Below are positions 1 to 10,053 of a stretch of DNA of 64,000 nt, one piece after another. The notes beneath the pieces were generated by a model. That model was not told the origin of the DNA. It did not search any database and worked only from the letters and a program-made list of their open reading frames with translations. Location of the stretch: positions 3,904,001 to 3,968,000 of the forward strand of contig OY829846.1 in assembly GCA_963691875.1 (NCBI GenBank), in the 5' to 3' direction. Source of the DNA: Aureliella sp. (GTDB lineage: Bacteria > Planctomycetota > Planctomycetia > Pirellulales > Pirellulaceae). The position numbers were made by a program, and so were the translations under genes. Positions within the stretch are counted from its first letter, which is position 1; every line of letters begins with the position of its first letter.

Positions 1-202
1 AGCCTGAGAACGACGACTGTGGCCGCAAAGTTTGCGCAGCTTTCGGCGAGTGCACGCGATGCGGAATGTGCTGGATATTCCTTCAACTAGGGCTTTAGCG
101 ATTGCCGATGGGAAAGGCGAGAGATGCCCGGAGGCGGACTTTCTAGCTTGATCCAGCTGCTCCGATCCGTGGCCCAAATGAAGACTCAGGGGGTTCCAGA
201 AA

Positions 203-637
203 ATGGTTCGCAGATTGACTACATCCATCGCACTCGCTGCGGCCTGTGTTGTTGGAAACGCTGCAATGGCTCAAGAAGCCACGACAAAGGCAGTATCCGC
301 CAAGCCTAACGTAAAGATGGCTACTTATTCTTCCCACTACTCGGCACAAGCCCAAGCGGCTCCAGCGCAGGTTTCGGGTGCACCACAAGCGATGGCTTTT
401 GGACGAGTCTGGGGTGGAGCGGCAAGCAACCGAGACCACTCTCGATTCAACCACTATCCATATGTCTACTACCCTCAGAACTTCAAGGGTAACGAGTACT
501 TCCGCAGCAGCGATAGCATGTACTACCGCTATCCACCGGAAATGCAGATCCCTGTTTACAACCGCAAGTGGCACAACTACTACCCCAGAAGCCGACCATT
601 CCACTGGGGTCACCACTTCATCCTGGACGTGTTCTAA
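203..637 (+). CDS. Secreted planctomycete-type protein with Tyr/His/Pro/Asn-rich C-terminus
   Basis: Signal peptide (MVRRLTTSIALAAACVVGNAAMA|QE), Ala/Gln linker, aromatic-rich tail (HYPYVYYPQNF...YYRYPPEMQIPVYN...HWGHHFILDVF); followed by a terminator. Confidence 0.8.
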   Translation: MVRRLTTSIALAAACVVGNAAMAQEATTKAVSAKPNVKMATYSSHYSAQAQAAPAQVSGAPQAMAFGRVWGGAASNRDHSRFNHYPYVYYPQNFKGNEYFRSSDSMYYRYPPEMQIPVYNRKWHNYYPRSRPFHWGHHFILDVF

Positions 638-668
638 GCCGAACACTCCAATGAGCCACCAATAAGAG

Positions 669-694
669 CGCGTTGCATTTGCAACGCGTTTTTT
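669..694 (+). terminator. Intrinsic terminator
   Basis: Inverted repeat CGCGTTGCA-TT-TGCAACGCG followed by T6, about 30 nt after the stop at 637. Confidence 0.85.
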
Positions 695-952
695 GTTTGC
701 ATCTCCGCTCAACCAAGGCAGTGGAAGAACTTCGGGGGCAATCAGAGATTCGCTCGTGAACGCAAAACGTCAACCCACGCCCTGCGTTTCCTTATCCATT
801 CCAAAGCGGGAGCAAGTCGATCCAATTCACCACCGAGAATCACCGTTTAAACCCGCTAGACCTGAACATCTTCGACACAGCCCAAAGCATCGTCTAGAAT
901 CCCCTACATTTTTTAGAAGCAGCGCTATCTTCTGAAATCTGAAACCAATTAG

Positions 953-1933
953 ATGCAAGATCACAATCAACAAGATTCGAGCTATGAGACATCTAAGCTA
1001 ACCATCGACGTACTTCCCCCGGTTGTAAATGCAGGGCAAGCAGAAAAAACACCAAGCTTCATAAACCGTTTCGATTGCGCAATCGAAGACAACCCGAATC
1101 TCCCAGCCATTCGGGCTGCTGTCCTTTTCACTGCAACGCTACTGTGCATCCTGGGCAATATATTCCTCCCCGCCTACTTTTGGAGGAGAAACCAAGAATA
1201 TTTAGGGTTGTTTGCGAGCGGCTTCCTTATCGCACAAGTGGGTGTTCTTGCTGTCTGGACAGCAATAGGCACGCAGGCATTCAAGATCCGTTTTGCAGGC
1301 ACGATGTTCTTTACATTCCTGGTTGTGGCCACTTACACACTCGGTCTTCAGGTTCCTGATTGGTTGCACAACAGGCTGAGCAAAATGCCGTATATGTTAG
1401 CCCTCGTTTTGGCTGCAGTCGGCTTTGGAGCAGTGCTGCTAACTTCACCCATCTTTGCCTTGATCTTTAGATTCGTAGGTCTACGGCTCGTAGAAAAACG
1501 TGAGTTGGATCGAAACGACACCGCTTCTGGGCCAATATCCCTTGGTTACCTGATTGGCATCACAACCGTTGTTGGCATCGTGCTGGCGATCTTTAGGGCA
1601 GTCATGCCAGAACAAGACGATCAAGGGATGCCTTATACGGCCCTCTTTTTTGCCCTGTTCTTTGGCCAGTCGGCCCTGTACTACTGCCTTTGTACTACAG
1701 GCACAACCATTTTGCTTCTTGCTACGAGCCGCAATTGGCATGGAGCTGTGGTGCTGGCGGTCGCTGTCTCTGCTCTACCGCTGAACATATTTCTATTGAG
1801 TTTTTATGGGCGATTCCAAATCAGCGTAGAGCATGCAGCAATGTATCTATCCACACTGATTGGCTACGGCATCGCGATCAGCCTTTTCGCGCTCTTAATT
1901 CGACTGACAGGGTACAAGCTGGTCCCAAGGTAG
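953..1933 (+). CDS. Multi-pass membrane protein, unknown function
   Basis: 326-aa ORF with about 8 hydrophobic segments. Confidence 0.75.
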   Translation: MQDHNQQDSSYETSKLTIDVLPPVVNAGQAEKTPSFINRFDCAIEDNPNLPAIRAAVLFTATLLCILGNIFLPAYFWRRNQEYLGLFASGFLIAQVGVLAVWTAIGTQAFKIRFAGTMFFTFLVVATYTLGLQVPDWLHNRLSKMPYMLALVLAAVGFGAVLLTSPIFALIFRFVGLRLVEKRELDRNDTASGPISLGYLIGITTVVGIVLAIFRAVMPEQDDQGMPYTALFFALFFGQSALYYCLCTTGTTILLLATSRNWHGAVVLAVAVSALPLNIFLLSFYGRFQISVEHAAMYLSTLIGYGIAISLFALLIRLTGYKLVPR

Positions 1934-2182
1934 TCTTTCCAACTAGGGTTGTGCACGTGACAGAGGTAGTCAGTCCTCACCACCGTTCGTATCATGCAGG
2001 GCAACCGATCGATGCTGCAAGCCCTGAGGCTTTAGCGTAAGCTGCCGGTTCCGTCGCGACCCAAAGCGTCAGTGTGGAGACGGCCTGTGGGCCACGCTCA
2101 TGCTTTGGTTTGCGATAATCCAGTGGTCGGACCTGCGAAACAAACTTTTACAGACGCCTCAAACTCCATAACGAACAGAATA

Positions 2183-2521
2183 ATGAGTGATCTAACTACA
2201 AAATACAACGAAGCAGAAAAACTCAAGGACGAAGGCAAGTACGACGAAGCCATCGCCCTGCTGCAAGAAATTCTGCAAGAGGATGAGCAACATATCCTGA
2301 CGCACTTGACTCTCGGCCGCATCTACACGCTCACCGGCAAGTTTGACTCGGCGATCGCACACGGCAAGAAAGCCTGTGAAATCGAGCCTACAGAGCCTTT
2401 CAATTTCACGGCTCTCAGTGTCACTTTCCAACGTGCTTGGGCTGGCACTCAAGAGCAACAGTACATTCAGATGGCCGAAGATGCGATGGCCGAATCCCGC
2501 CGACTGGAATCCCTTAAATGA
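2183..2521 (+). CDS. Small TPR-repeat protein
   Basis: TPR pattern (AEKLKDEGKYDEAIALLQEIL; LGRIYTLTGKFDSAIAHGKKACEIEP). ATG 2183 preferred over GTG 2072; ATGA overlap with the next gene. Confidence 0.8.
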   Translation: MSDLTTKYNEAEKLKDEGKYDEAIALLQEILQEDEQHILTHLTLGRIYTLTGKFDSAIAHGKKACEIEPTEPFNFTALSVTFQRAWAGTQEQQYIQMAEDAMAESRRLESLK

Positions 2522-3063
2522 GCGACTCCAATGCGTCTGAATTGCCCCTCGCTGGCAAACGCGTCCTGTGCTTCACCGGCGACATCTACGAAGACTTGGA
2601 GCTCTGGTATCCGAAGCTTCGGCTCATTGAAGCGGGCGCCGAGTTCGTTCTGGCTGGAGAAGAAGCGGGTCGGAAATATGCTGGCAAGAACGGATACCCT
2701 TGTGTAGCCGATATCGCGATTGATGATACCGATTGTAGCCAGTTTGAAGCGTTGGTGGTCCCTGGCGGATTCATGCCCGACAAACTGCGGCGTCTCCCTC
2801 GCGTGCTAGATATTGTTCGTGAGTTCTTCGAAGCAGGAAAGCCAGTGGCCGCGATCTGTCATGGTGGATGGATTCCGATCTCCGCTGGTATCTACAGTGG
2901 AGTTCGCGTGACGGGCTCGCCCGGAATCAAAGATGACTTGATCAACGCGGGAGCGATCTTCGAAGATGCCGCAGTAGTGGTCGATCGCAATTCTGTATCA
3001 AGCCGCCGGCCCGATGACTTGCCAGACTTCTGCCGTGCCTTGATTGCAATGATGCAAGCGTAA
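2518..3063 (+). CDS. pfpI: PfpI/DJ-1 family type 1 glutamine amidotransferase-like protein
   Basis: YEDLELWYP, LVVPGGFMPDKLR, catalytic AAICHG, SSRRPDDLP motifs. Confidence 0.9.
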   Translation: MSDSNASELPLAGKRVLCFTGDIYEDLELWYPKLRLIEAGAEFVLAGEEAGRKYAGKNGYPCVADIAIDDTDCSQFEALVVPGGFMPDKLRRLPRVLDIVREFFEAGKPVAAICHGGWIPISAGIYSGVRVTGSPGIKDDLINAGAIFEDAAVVVDRNSVSSRRPDDLPDFCRALIAMMQA

Positions 3064-3066
3064 AAA

Positions 3067-3264
3067 ATGCCGAAGAAGCGAAAGCAAGATACTGTGGGAC
3101 CTCCAGCTCAGGAGCTGGAACGAGAGATCGAGCGAGCCATCGCCTCGGTCATCGAGCGATATCCAGCACTGCCAATTGGTCCAGACCAGCTAACGATGCA
3201 TTTCATGGCAGAAGCCGCTATGGCTGCTTACGAAGCGGCCATACGACAGCACGAAGACGAATAG
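3067..3264 (+). CDS. Small hypothetical protein
   Basis: 65-aa ORF packed tightly between co-oriented genes (3-nt and 24-nt gaps). Confidence 0.55.
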   Translation: MPKKRKQDTVGPPAQELEREIERAIASVIERYPALPIGPDQLTMHFMAEAAMAAYEAAIRQHEDE

Positions 3265-3288
3265 CAATCTCAGCGACAAAGGCGGTTC

Positions 3289-4617
3289 ATGCAAGTTGTC
3301 CATCACGGAGCTCTCCACGGCGTCACCGGTTCCTGCCACCAGCTTATGCTCGACGATGCCAACTCGCTGCTTGTTGACTGCGGGCTCTTCCAAGGTAAGG
3401 ATGCTCGGAACAGCGACGAAGACCAGATCGACTTCTCGCTCGACGGAATCCACGCACTGATCGTCACCCACGTGCACCTAGATCACATTGGACGCATCCC
3501 TTATTTGATCGCAGCTGGCTTCAATGAGCCGATCTACTGCAGTCCGCCGACGGCCAAGCTCCTGCCGCTGATGATGGAAGATGCGCTGAGAGTCGGTGTA
3601 ACCAAGAACAAACGGCTCATCGAACGCTTCATGCAAGAGCTGCGTCGTTTCATCCGCCCGATGCCATATTACGAGTGGCATGATGTCGGACATGGTGTTC
3701 AGCTACGACTCACTCCAGCCGGCCATGTCCTGGGCTCCTCTGTGGTAGAAATCGAGTACGAATCCGAGCGTGTGGTTTTCAGTGGGGATCTTGGAAGCCG
3801 CCATCAACCGATTTTGAAAGATCCGATCAGCCCTGAGAGAGCCGACTTGCTGGTGCTTGAGTCAACCTACGGCAATCGCAATCACGTCGGCCGCCAGCAA
3901 CGCGTCGAGCAATTGGAAAAGATTCTTAGCCGAACCTTGGAAGACAAGGGCGTCACCATCATTCCTGCGTTTAGTGTGGGACGCACGCAAGAGCTACTGT
4001 ACGAGATGAACGCGATCTTTGACGGACTCGGACACAAGATCGAATGTCCGATCCTGAAAGGCGTAGACGTGCTCATCGACTCGCCGCTCGCTCAGCGCTT
4101 CACCGAACTGTACAACGCAATGCAAGAGTACTGGGACGCCGAGGCTCAGCAAGTTCTCACCTGGGATGACCAACCGTTAGTGTTTGAGAACCTGGTCGAG
4201 ATCGGCAATCACGCCGACCACCTAGAAACAATTCAATACATCAAGGAATCCGAACTTCCTGCCGTAGTGATCGCTGCCAGTGGAATGTGCTCGGGTGGCC
4301 GAGTCGTCAATTACTTGAAAGAGTTTCTCAGCAATCCCACAACAGATATCGTCTTCGTCGGCTACCAGGCCGAGGGAACGCCAGGCCGCTATATTCAAGA
4401 CAGCGATTGGGTGCGGCTCGATGGCAAACGCTACGACGTTCGAGCCAAAACACATACTCTAAGCGGCTATTCCGCCCACGCTGATCAATCCGACTTGCTG
4501 CGCTTCGTTGAGGGCATGCAAGAAGCTCCAAAGGCCATCCGGCTCGTTCATGGCGAGACCGAGGCGAAAGCTACACTGCAAGGTGAACTGAAGAAGCGAG
4601 GTTACCATGTTGTCTGA
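3289..4617 (+). CDS. MBL-fold beta-CASP ribonuclease family protein
   Basis: THVHLDHIG (HxHxDH), AGHVLGS, SGDLG, ESTYG, SAHAD, VHGE motifs. Confidence 0.92.
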   Translation: MQVVHHGALHGVTGSCHQLMLDDANSLLVDCGLFQGKDARNSDEDQIDFSLDGIHALIVTHVHLDHIGRIPYLIAAGFNEPIYCSPPTAKLLPLMMEDALRVGVTKNKRLIERFMQELRRFIRPMPYYEWHDVGHGVQLRLTPAGHVLGSSVVEIEYESERVVFSGDLGSRHQPILKDPISPERADLLVLESTYGNRNHVGRQQRVEQLEKILSRTLEDKGVTIIPAFSVGRTQELLYEMNAIFDGLGHKIECPILKGVDVLIDSPLAQRFTELYNAMQEYWDAEAQQVLTWDDQPLVFENLVEIGNHADHLETIQYIKESELPAVVIAASGMCSGGRVVNYLKEFLSNPTTDIVFVGYQAEGTPGRYIQDSDWVRLDGKRYDVRAKTHTLSGYSAHADQSDLLRFVEGMQEAPKAIRLVHGETEAKATLQGELKKRGYHVV

Positions 4618-5578
4618 TTCTCCGCGTCGCACGTTAGGTAACTCTGACCTTGCAGTCAGTCCAATTGGGCTTGGCTGCTGGCCGATTGCTGGCGTATCGA
4701 CGCTGAATGTCACAAAGCAAGAAAGTCTTGCGACGTTGCATGCCGCCCTGGACGCAGGCGTCAACTTTTTCGACACGGCGTTTGCGTACGGCTACGACGG
4801 CGAGTCAGAAAAACTCATCGCTCAAGTACTCGAGACTCGGCGTGACGAAGTTGTTTTGGCGACCAAGGTGGGTCAATATTTCGGGCCGAATCGTGAACGC
4901 ATCGTGGATGGCAAGCCTGATTCGCTTATTAAACAAGCCAAGCTTTCTTTGCAGCGATTGCAGATCGAACAAGTCGATGTGCTGTATCTGCACATGCCAG
5001 ATCCGGAAGTGCCAATTGAACAGAGCGCCGCTGCAATCCGGCAACTAATCGACGAAGGCGTCGCTCGGTTTGCTGGAGTCAGCAACGTCTCGGCCGAACA
5101 ACTTCGCGCGTTCCATGCAGTGTGTCCCGTCGTCGTCAATCAGCCGCCGTTCAACATGCTGCAACAAACGACCGTACAGCAACTTCGCAGCAACTGCTCC
5201 GAGCTAAACATAGCAAACGCGTGCTATTGGGTGTTAATGAAGGGCATCTTGGCCGGGCATATGGCTCGTGATCATCAGCTCGATCCCAACGACAAGCGTA
5301 AAACTTATCCGATCTACCAAGGCACGGCTTGGCAGCGTAGCCAAGACTTCTTGGATCACTTACGTAAACTCGCCAACGAGCTCAGTTGCACTGTTGCGCA
5401 AATAGTCGTTGCCTGGACGATCCGGCAGCCGAGCGTTGACATCGCGCTCTGCGGCGCTCGTCACCCAAAACAAATTCAAGAAACCGCAGCAGCCATGACA
5501 CTTGATCTCGATCCGTCTGTCCTTGAGCGGATTAATAGCTGGATTGCAGAAACGCTCGCCGATGGACCAATCGGCTAG
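4607..5578 (+). CDS. Aldo/keto reductase
   Basis: IGLGCW, FFDTAFAYG, LATKVG, SLQRLQIEQVDVLYLH, GVSN motifs. Confidence 0.92.
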   Translation: MLSDSPRRTLGNSDLAVSPIGLGCWPIAGVSTLNVTKQESLATLHAALDAGVNFFDTAFAYGYDGESEKLIAQVLETRRDEVVLATKVGQYFGPNRERIVDGKPDSLIKQAKLSLQRLQIEQVDVLYLHMPDPEVPIEQSAAAIRQLIDEGVARFAGVSNVSAEQLRAFHAVCPVVVNQPPFNMLQQTTVQQLRSNCSELNIANACYWVLMKGILAGHMARDHQLDPNDKRKTYPIYQGTAWQRSQDFLDHLRKLANELSCTVAQIVVAWTIRQPSVDIALCGARHPKQIQETAAAMTLDLDPSVLERINSWIAETLADGPIG

Positions 5579-5917
5579 TCAGATCGAAACACAGACGGGA
5601 AATGAGTCGCTGCCCCTCAGCGTGGCACTGGCCCGCCAGTGTAAGAAACTGCGGTGGCTTGCATTTCCTGCGATTCGTTTAGCGACCATCGAATCATTTG
5701 ATCGTTATAGACATTAGCAATGGAAGTCGCACCTTTGTAATCATCGTGCAAGCTGCCAGTTCGCAATAACACCGACAAGTCAGCGCCACAGGCAAATCTT
5801 CTGGTGTGGCCTGCTAGCAACGCTGCGGTTGTTTGTCGTGCTCTCCCATTGCCATCAGCCTACGATTATTAGGCGAGATTTCGGCTCGTCTCTCGTTCTT
5901 CTGGCGGTACTAGTTGA

Positions 5918-7471
5918 ATGCACGTAGTCTGGTTCAAACGCGACTTGCGAATCGACGATCACGCCCCGCTTGCTCAGGCTGCTGCAAGCGGAAGTGAAGT
6001 GCTCTGCCTTTACGCTTACGAACCTGAGATTCTTCAGTCCGCAGAATTCGATACTTCGCATCTAGAATTCCTCAATCAAGGTCTCTCCGAGCTAGACGCT
6101 TCATTGCGAAAACGAGGTAATTGCTTGACCTATCGCGTGGGCAGCATGCCGGAAGTGCTCGCGCAGCTCCACGCGGAACACCACATCGAAGCAATCTGGA
6201 GCCACGAGGAAACGGGAGATCGCGGCAGCTACGATCGAGACCTGCGTGTTGCCGCTTGGGCAGATCAAAAGAAGATTGCTTGGAAAGAAATCCCGCAGAA
6301 CGGAGTCGTCCGTCGCTTGAAGTCACGCGATGGTTGGTCAAAGCAACGCAACATCTTCATGGCTCAGCCGCTCGCGCGACCACCTTCTGAAATCAAACCA
6401 GCCCAGTCTATCGAGACCGGCAAAATTCAATCCGCCCAAGACTTAGGCCTTGAGCAAACCACGAAGACAGATCTCCAGATAGGAGGCGAGAAAGCCGCTT
6501 TACGAACACTGTCCTCGTTCCTACACAATCGTGGTGAGAATTACAGCACGGAAATGTCGAGCCCCGTGACCGCGGCCAGTTCCTGCAGTCGCTTGAGTAC
6601 GTATCTGGCTTGGGGATGCATTTCAATGAAACGTATCGTCCACGCACTTCGCGAGCGTCAGGCTGAGCTGAGTGAGCGTAAGGCTGCAGGCGAGCCGATC
6701 GGAGCCTGGTCAAAATCCCTGCGAGCCTACGATGCCAGGCTGAGCTGGCATTGCCACTTCATGCAGAAGCTGGAGGACGAGCCAGCGATCGAGTTTCAGA
6801 ATATGAGCCGCATCTACGACGGCTTACGAGAGGATGAATTCTCACAGAGTCGATTCGATGCTTGGTGCCATGGCCAAACCGGTTATCCGATGGTGGATGC
6901 TTGCATGCGAGCACTGCTGCTGCACAGCTGGATCAACTTTCGAATGCGAGCCATGTTGGTGTCCTTTGCATCCTATCACCTTTGGTTGCACTGGCGGCCA
7001 ACGGCCGTATTCCTCGCTCAGCATTTCTTGGACTACGAACCTGGCATCCACTTCTCACAGTTTCAAATGCAGTCCGGAACGACTGGAATCAATACCGTTC
7101 GGATCTATTCGCCAATCAAACAAGTCAAAGACCAAGATCCAAGTGGCCAATTCATCCGGCGCTTCGTGCCGGAGCTTGCCGGAGTACCTGACAAGCATCT
7201 TGCCGAACCTCACAAGATGACACATGCCGAACAATCTCACTCCGGATGCCGCATCAACAAAGACTACCCCTCACCCATCGTAGAACACGCAGTTGCATAC
7301 AAGAAAGCCAAGGCGCGAGTCTACGAAGTGCGTGGCCAGAAGGCGGCTCGAGAAGAAGCTGTGAATGTGGTGAAGAAGCACGGCAGCCGCAAGGGATCGA
7401 ACGACAGAAATCGAAAGTCCAAATCATCCAAGAAGACAGAATACAAACAAGGAAGACTCTCCCTTGAGTAA
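5918..7471 (+). CDS. Photolyase/cryptochrome family flavoprotein (CPD photolyase-like)
   Basis: VVWFKRDLRIDDH N-terminus; SRLSTYLAWG, GQTGYPMVDACMR, WINFRMRAML, FLDYEPGIH FAD-binding motifs; basic C-terminal tail. Confidence 0.92.
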   Translation: MHVVWFKRDLRIDDHAPLAQAAASGSEVLCLYAYEPEILQSAEFDTSHLEFLNQGLSELDASLRKRGNCLTYRVGSMPEVLAQLHAEHHIEAIWSHEETGDRGSYDRDLRVAAWADQKKIAWKEIPQNGVVRRLKSRDGWSKQRNIFMAQPLARPPSEIKPAQSIETGKIQSAQDLGLEQTTKTDLQIGGEKAALRTLSSFLHNRGENYSTEMSSPVTAASSCSRLSTYLAWGCISMKRIVHALRERQAELSERKAAGEPIGAWSKSLRAYDARLSWHCHFMQKLEDEPAIEFQNMSRIYDGLREDEFSQSRFDAWCHGQTGYPMVDACMRALLLHSWINFRMRAMLVSFASYHLWLHWRPTAVFLAQHFLDYEPGIHFSQFQMQSGTTGINTVRIYSPIKQVKDQDPSGQFIRRFVPELAGVPDKHLAEPHKMTHAEQSHSGCRINKDYPSPIVEHAVAYKKAKARVYEVRGQKAAREEAVNVVKKHGSRKGSNDRNRKSKSSKKTEYKQGRLSLE

Positions 7472-8165
7472 TAGAAACTACGTTGTCGTCGGTGGAAGCT
7501 ACGGCATTGGACTAGAAATCGTCAAACGTCTAGACGCGTCACAAAATCACGTCACCGTTCTCTCGAGAACTGTCGGGGAACTCGCGCATACTGGAGCAAA
7601 ACACTTCGAGTTCGATGCGACACAAGGCGAGGTCGAACCGGAATGGTTACCAGAGCAAATTCATGGCTTGGCCTTCTGCCCAGGCTCGATCAACTTGGGT
7701 TCGATCCGCAGCATCAAGCCGGAAACAATGCTGGCTGATTACCAGCTTAACGTTATTGGTGCAGTTAGGTGCCTACAAGCATGCCTGCCCGCGATGAAAA
7801 AATCGGGCAGCGCCTCGATGGTTATGTTCAGCACTGTTGCCGTGATTCAAGGATTGCCGATGCATGGCTCGGTCGCTGCGGCAAAAGGTGCGATTGAAGG
7901 TATGACGCGCTCATTTGCGGCCGAACTTGCGCCTGCTGTGAGAGTTAACTGTATCGCACCTTCTATCACTGACACACCTCTCGCAGAAAAGCTACTCAGT
8001 AGCGATCAGAAGAAAGCCGCCATGGGAGAGCGACATCCGCTGAAACGTATCGGCTCGGTGGACGACATTGCCTCGATAGCCGAGTTCTTACTTGGCGATC
8101 AATCAACTTGGATCACAGGTCAGGTCATCCACGCAGATGGTGGTATGTCGACGTTGCGAGTTTGA
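7464..8165 (+). CDS. SDR family oxidoreductase
   Basis: VVGGSYGIG Rossmann motif, RVNCIAPS, WITGQVIHADGG. The YxxxK motif reads VAAAK, which is atypical. Confidence 0.9.
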   Translation: MSNRNYVVVGGSYGIGLEIVKRLDASQNHVTVLSRTVGELAHTGAKHFEFDATQGEVEPEWLPEQIHGLAFCPGSINLGSIRSIKPETMLADYQLNVIGAVRCLQACLPAMKKSGSASMVMFSTVAVIQGLPMHGSVAAAKGAIEGMTRSFAAELAPAVRVNCIAPSITDTPLAEKLLSSDQKKAAMGERHPLKRIGSVDDIASIAEFLLGDQSTWITGQVIHADGGMSTLRV

Positions 8166-8261
8166 GGTCTTGGCTAGGCTCTTCTGAATAGCAGCCGCAT
8201 TGCGTTTGCAGGAGTTGAGGCTACGACCGCTCTCACCTGCTGCTAGAGCATGGATTTGCTA

Positions 8262-9746
8262 TTAACGAATATTGTCAAGAAACGCGTCTGCCTGCTTGAG
8301 ATGATCCTCTCGTTTCAATTCGTCCATCTTCTTGGCCATGCTGCACATCATGGCCCAGCGTGGATTCTTGGCTAACTCGTCCACATGATTCCATATCCAG
8401 CGCCAATAGAGTCCATCCCAGACTTTGCACCACTCGCCCTGCTTGTAGTGGCTCATTTTTCGGATGTACGAAGAGCCTGAGAAGTAGGGCTTGGTCGTAA
8501 TCGCTCCACCATCGGCGTGTTGGCTCATCGCAAAAACGTTGGGCACCATCACCCAATCGTAACTATCGACAAACATCTCCATGAACCAACGATAAATTTC
8601 ATCAGGATCTATCTCGCACAGGAACATGAAACCGCCAAGCACCATCAAGCGTTCAATGTGGTGACAGTAGCCGGTGTCCAGAATTCGCTTAATCGTATCG
8701 TCAATGGGATCGATTCCCGTGGAACCATCGTAGAAGCTCGCAGGCATCTGCCGGTGATGTGACCAGTGATTCGTCGTTCGCATTGGAACGCCAAGATCTT
8801 CGTAAGTGGCTCGCATGAACTCACGCCATCCGATCACTTGACGAATGAAGCCTTCAAGCGAGTTCAACGGGACTTCGTGTTTTTCTTCGAAATCTAGCGT
8901 CGCGTCGACGACTTGCTGAGGCGTCAACAGGCCAATGTTTAGAGCCGGGGTCAGAACGCTATGCCAAAGCCAAGATTCTCCTTCCAGAATGGCATCTTCA
9001 TAGTCGCCAAACATCTCGAATCTATGCGCTAGGAAGTGCTTGAGCCATGCTTCCGCGGCCTGGTGGGAACTCGGAAAGTAGAGCCGTTCAAGACTGCCAG
9101 GGTGATCTGCAAAACGTTGTTCAACATACTCAATCGCCTCATGATCAAACTCATCACGCGAAAGAGCCAGATTCTCTGGTAAGTCAGGCAACAGTTTCTT
9201 CGGTACCTTCTTTCGATTTTCAGAGTCAAAACTCCACTGACCGCCAACGGGCTCACCGTCTTCGACCAAAATATCGAGGCGCTGCCGCTGCCACTTGTAG
9301 AAGTCAGCCATGAACCAGCGTTTCTTACCTGCGCGATACGACTGATTTTCCCGGGAGCTGTTGAGAAAGCCGGGATTCGGAAGCAATTCGAGATGCAGAT
9401 CAAGGTTGTGGCTAGCCGCACGCAATCTCTTCTCCAAGATGAAATCGGTGGGATCTACGGCTATAAGCTTCGACTCCTTCTTCTTCAGCACTTGCCGCAA
9501 CTGATCTGCAAGCGACGAATCTGGTGCATACTCAAGATACTGAACTTTATACCCCGCAGGTGTTAGGACAGACTCATAGCGTTTCATAGTCGCCCGGTGT
9601 AGCCAGAGCTTCTGCTTATGAAACTTTGCCGGATAGCGATTGTCTCCGAAAAACAACGAGTCCTCGATCAGTACGATCTGTGATGGCTCATACGCCAATC
9701 CTGGATGCTGCTTGTACAGCTGATGCGGGAAAACCAAAAGAGCCAT
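8262..9746 (-). CDS. Bacterial (6-4) photolyase / CryPro (FeS-BCP) family, apparently Fe-S-free type
   Basis: FPHQL, HKQKL, GGQWSFDSENRK, EGFIRQVIGWREF, GYCHHIERLM, DSYDWVMVPNV, TKPY motifs; lacks the C-terminal CxxC...C cluster. Confidence 0.9.
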   Translation of the reverse strand: MALLVFPHQLYKQHPGLAYEPSQIVLIEDSLFFGDNRYPAKFHKQKLWLHRATMKRYESVLTPAGYKVQYLEYAPDSSLADQLRQVLKKKESKLIAVDPTDFILEKRLRAASHNLDLHLELLPNPGFLNSSRENQSYRAGKKRWFMADFYKWQRQRLDILVEDGEPVGGQWSFDSENRKKVPKKLLPDLPENLALSRDEFDHEAIEYVEQRFADHPGSLERLYFPSSHQAAEAWLKHFLAHRFEMFGDYEDAILEGESWLWHSVLTPALNIGLLTPQQVVDATLDFEEKHEVPLNSLEGFIRQVIGWREFMRATYEDLGVPMRTTNHWSHHRQMPASFYDGSTGIDPIDDTIKRILDTGYCHHIERLMVLGGFMFLCEIDPDEIYRWFMEMFVDSYDWVMVPNVFAMSQHADGGAITTKPYFSGSSYIRKMSHYKQGEWCKVWDGLYWRWIWNHVDELAKNPRWAMMCSMAKKMDELKREDHLKQADAFLDNIR

Positions 9747-9885
9747 TGAGGGGCAACCTAGACGCGATAAAGAATCAATACTGGTAGGACAGTATAGAAC
9801 GACACCAATGCCAACCTTTCTCGCCTTGCCCGAGACTTAAACTATCACGTTTCGATGTCATCTTTTCTTCGGCCGGTGCGATCTG

Positions 9886-10053
9886 ATGAACCAAAAGCCA
9901 ACCAAGAACTGCCTCAACTGCGGCAGACCATTTACTTGGCGGAAGAAGTGGAAGGCAAACTGGGACCGCGTCTTATATTGCAGCAAGCGATGTCGTAGCG
10001 AAAAACCGAACAGCAAGAGACTGAGTAGCGAACTTAACGATGCAAGAAACTGA
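9886..10053 (+). CDS. DUF2256 family small Cys-motif protein
   Basis: Hand-translated 55-aa ORF below the track cut-off: MNQKPTKNCLNCGRPFTWRKKWKANWDRVLYCSKRCRSEK...; matches the CxxCGRPFxWRKKW...YCSxRC signature; overlaps the start of the next gene. Confidence 0.9.
   Translation: MNQKPTKNCLNCGRPFTWRKKWKANWDRVLYCSKRCRSEKPNSKRLSSELNDARN

Noticed and set aside
143..712. 189-aa minus-strand ORF
   Set aside because: Antisense shadow of the 203-637 gene, which has a signal peptide and terminator.
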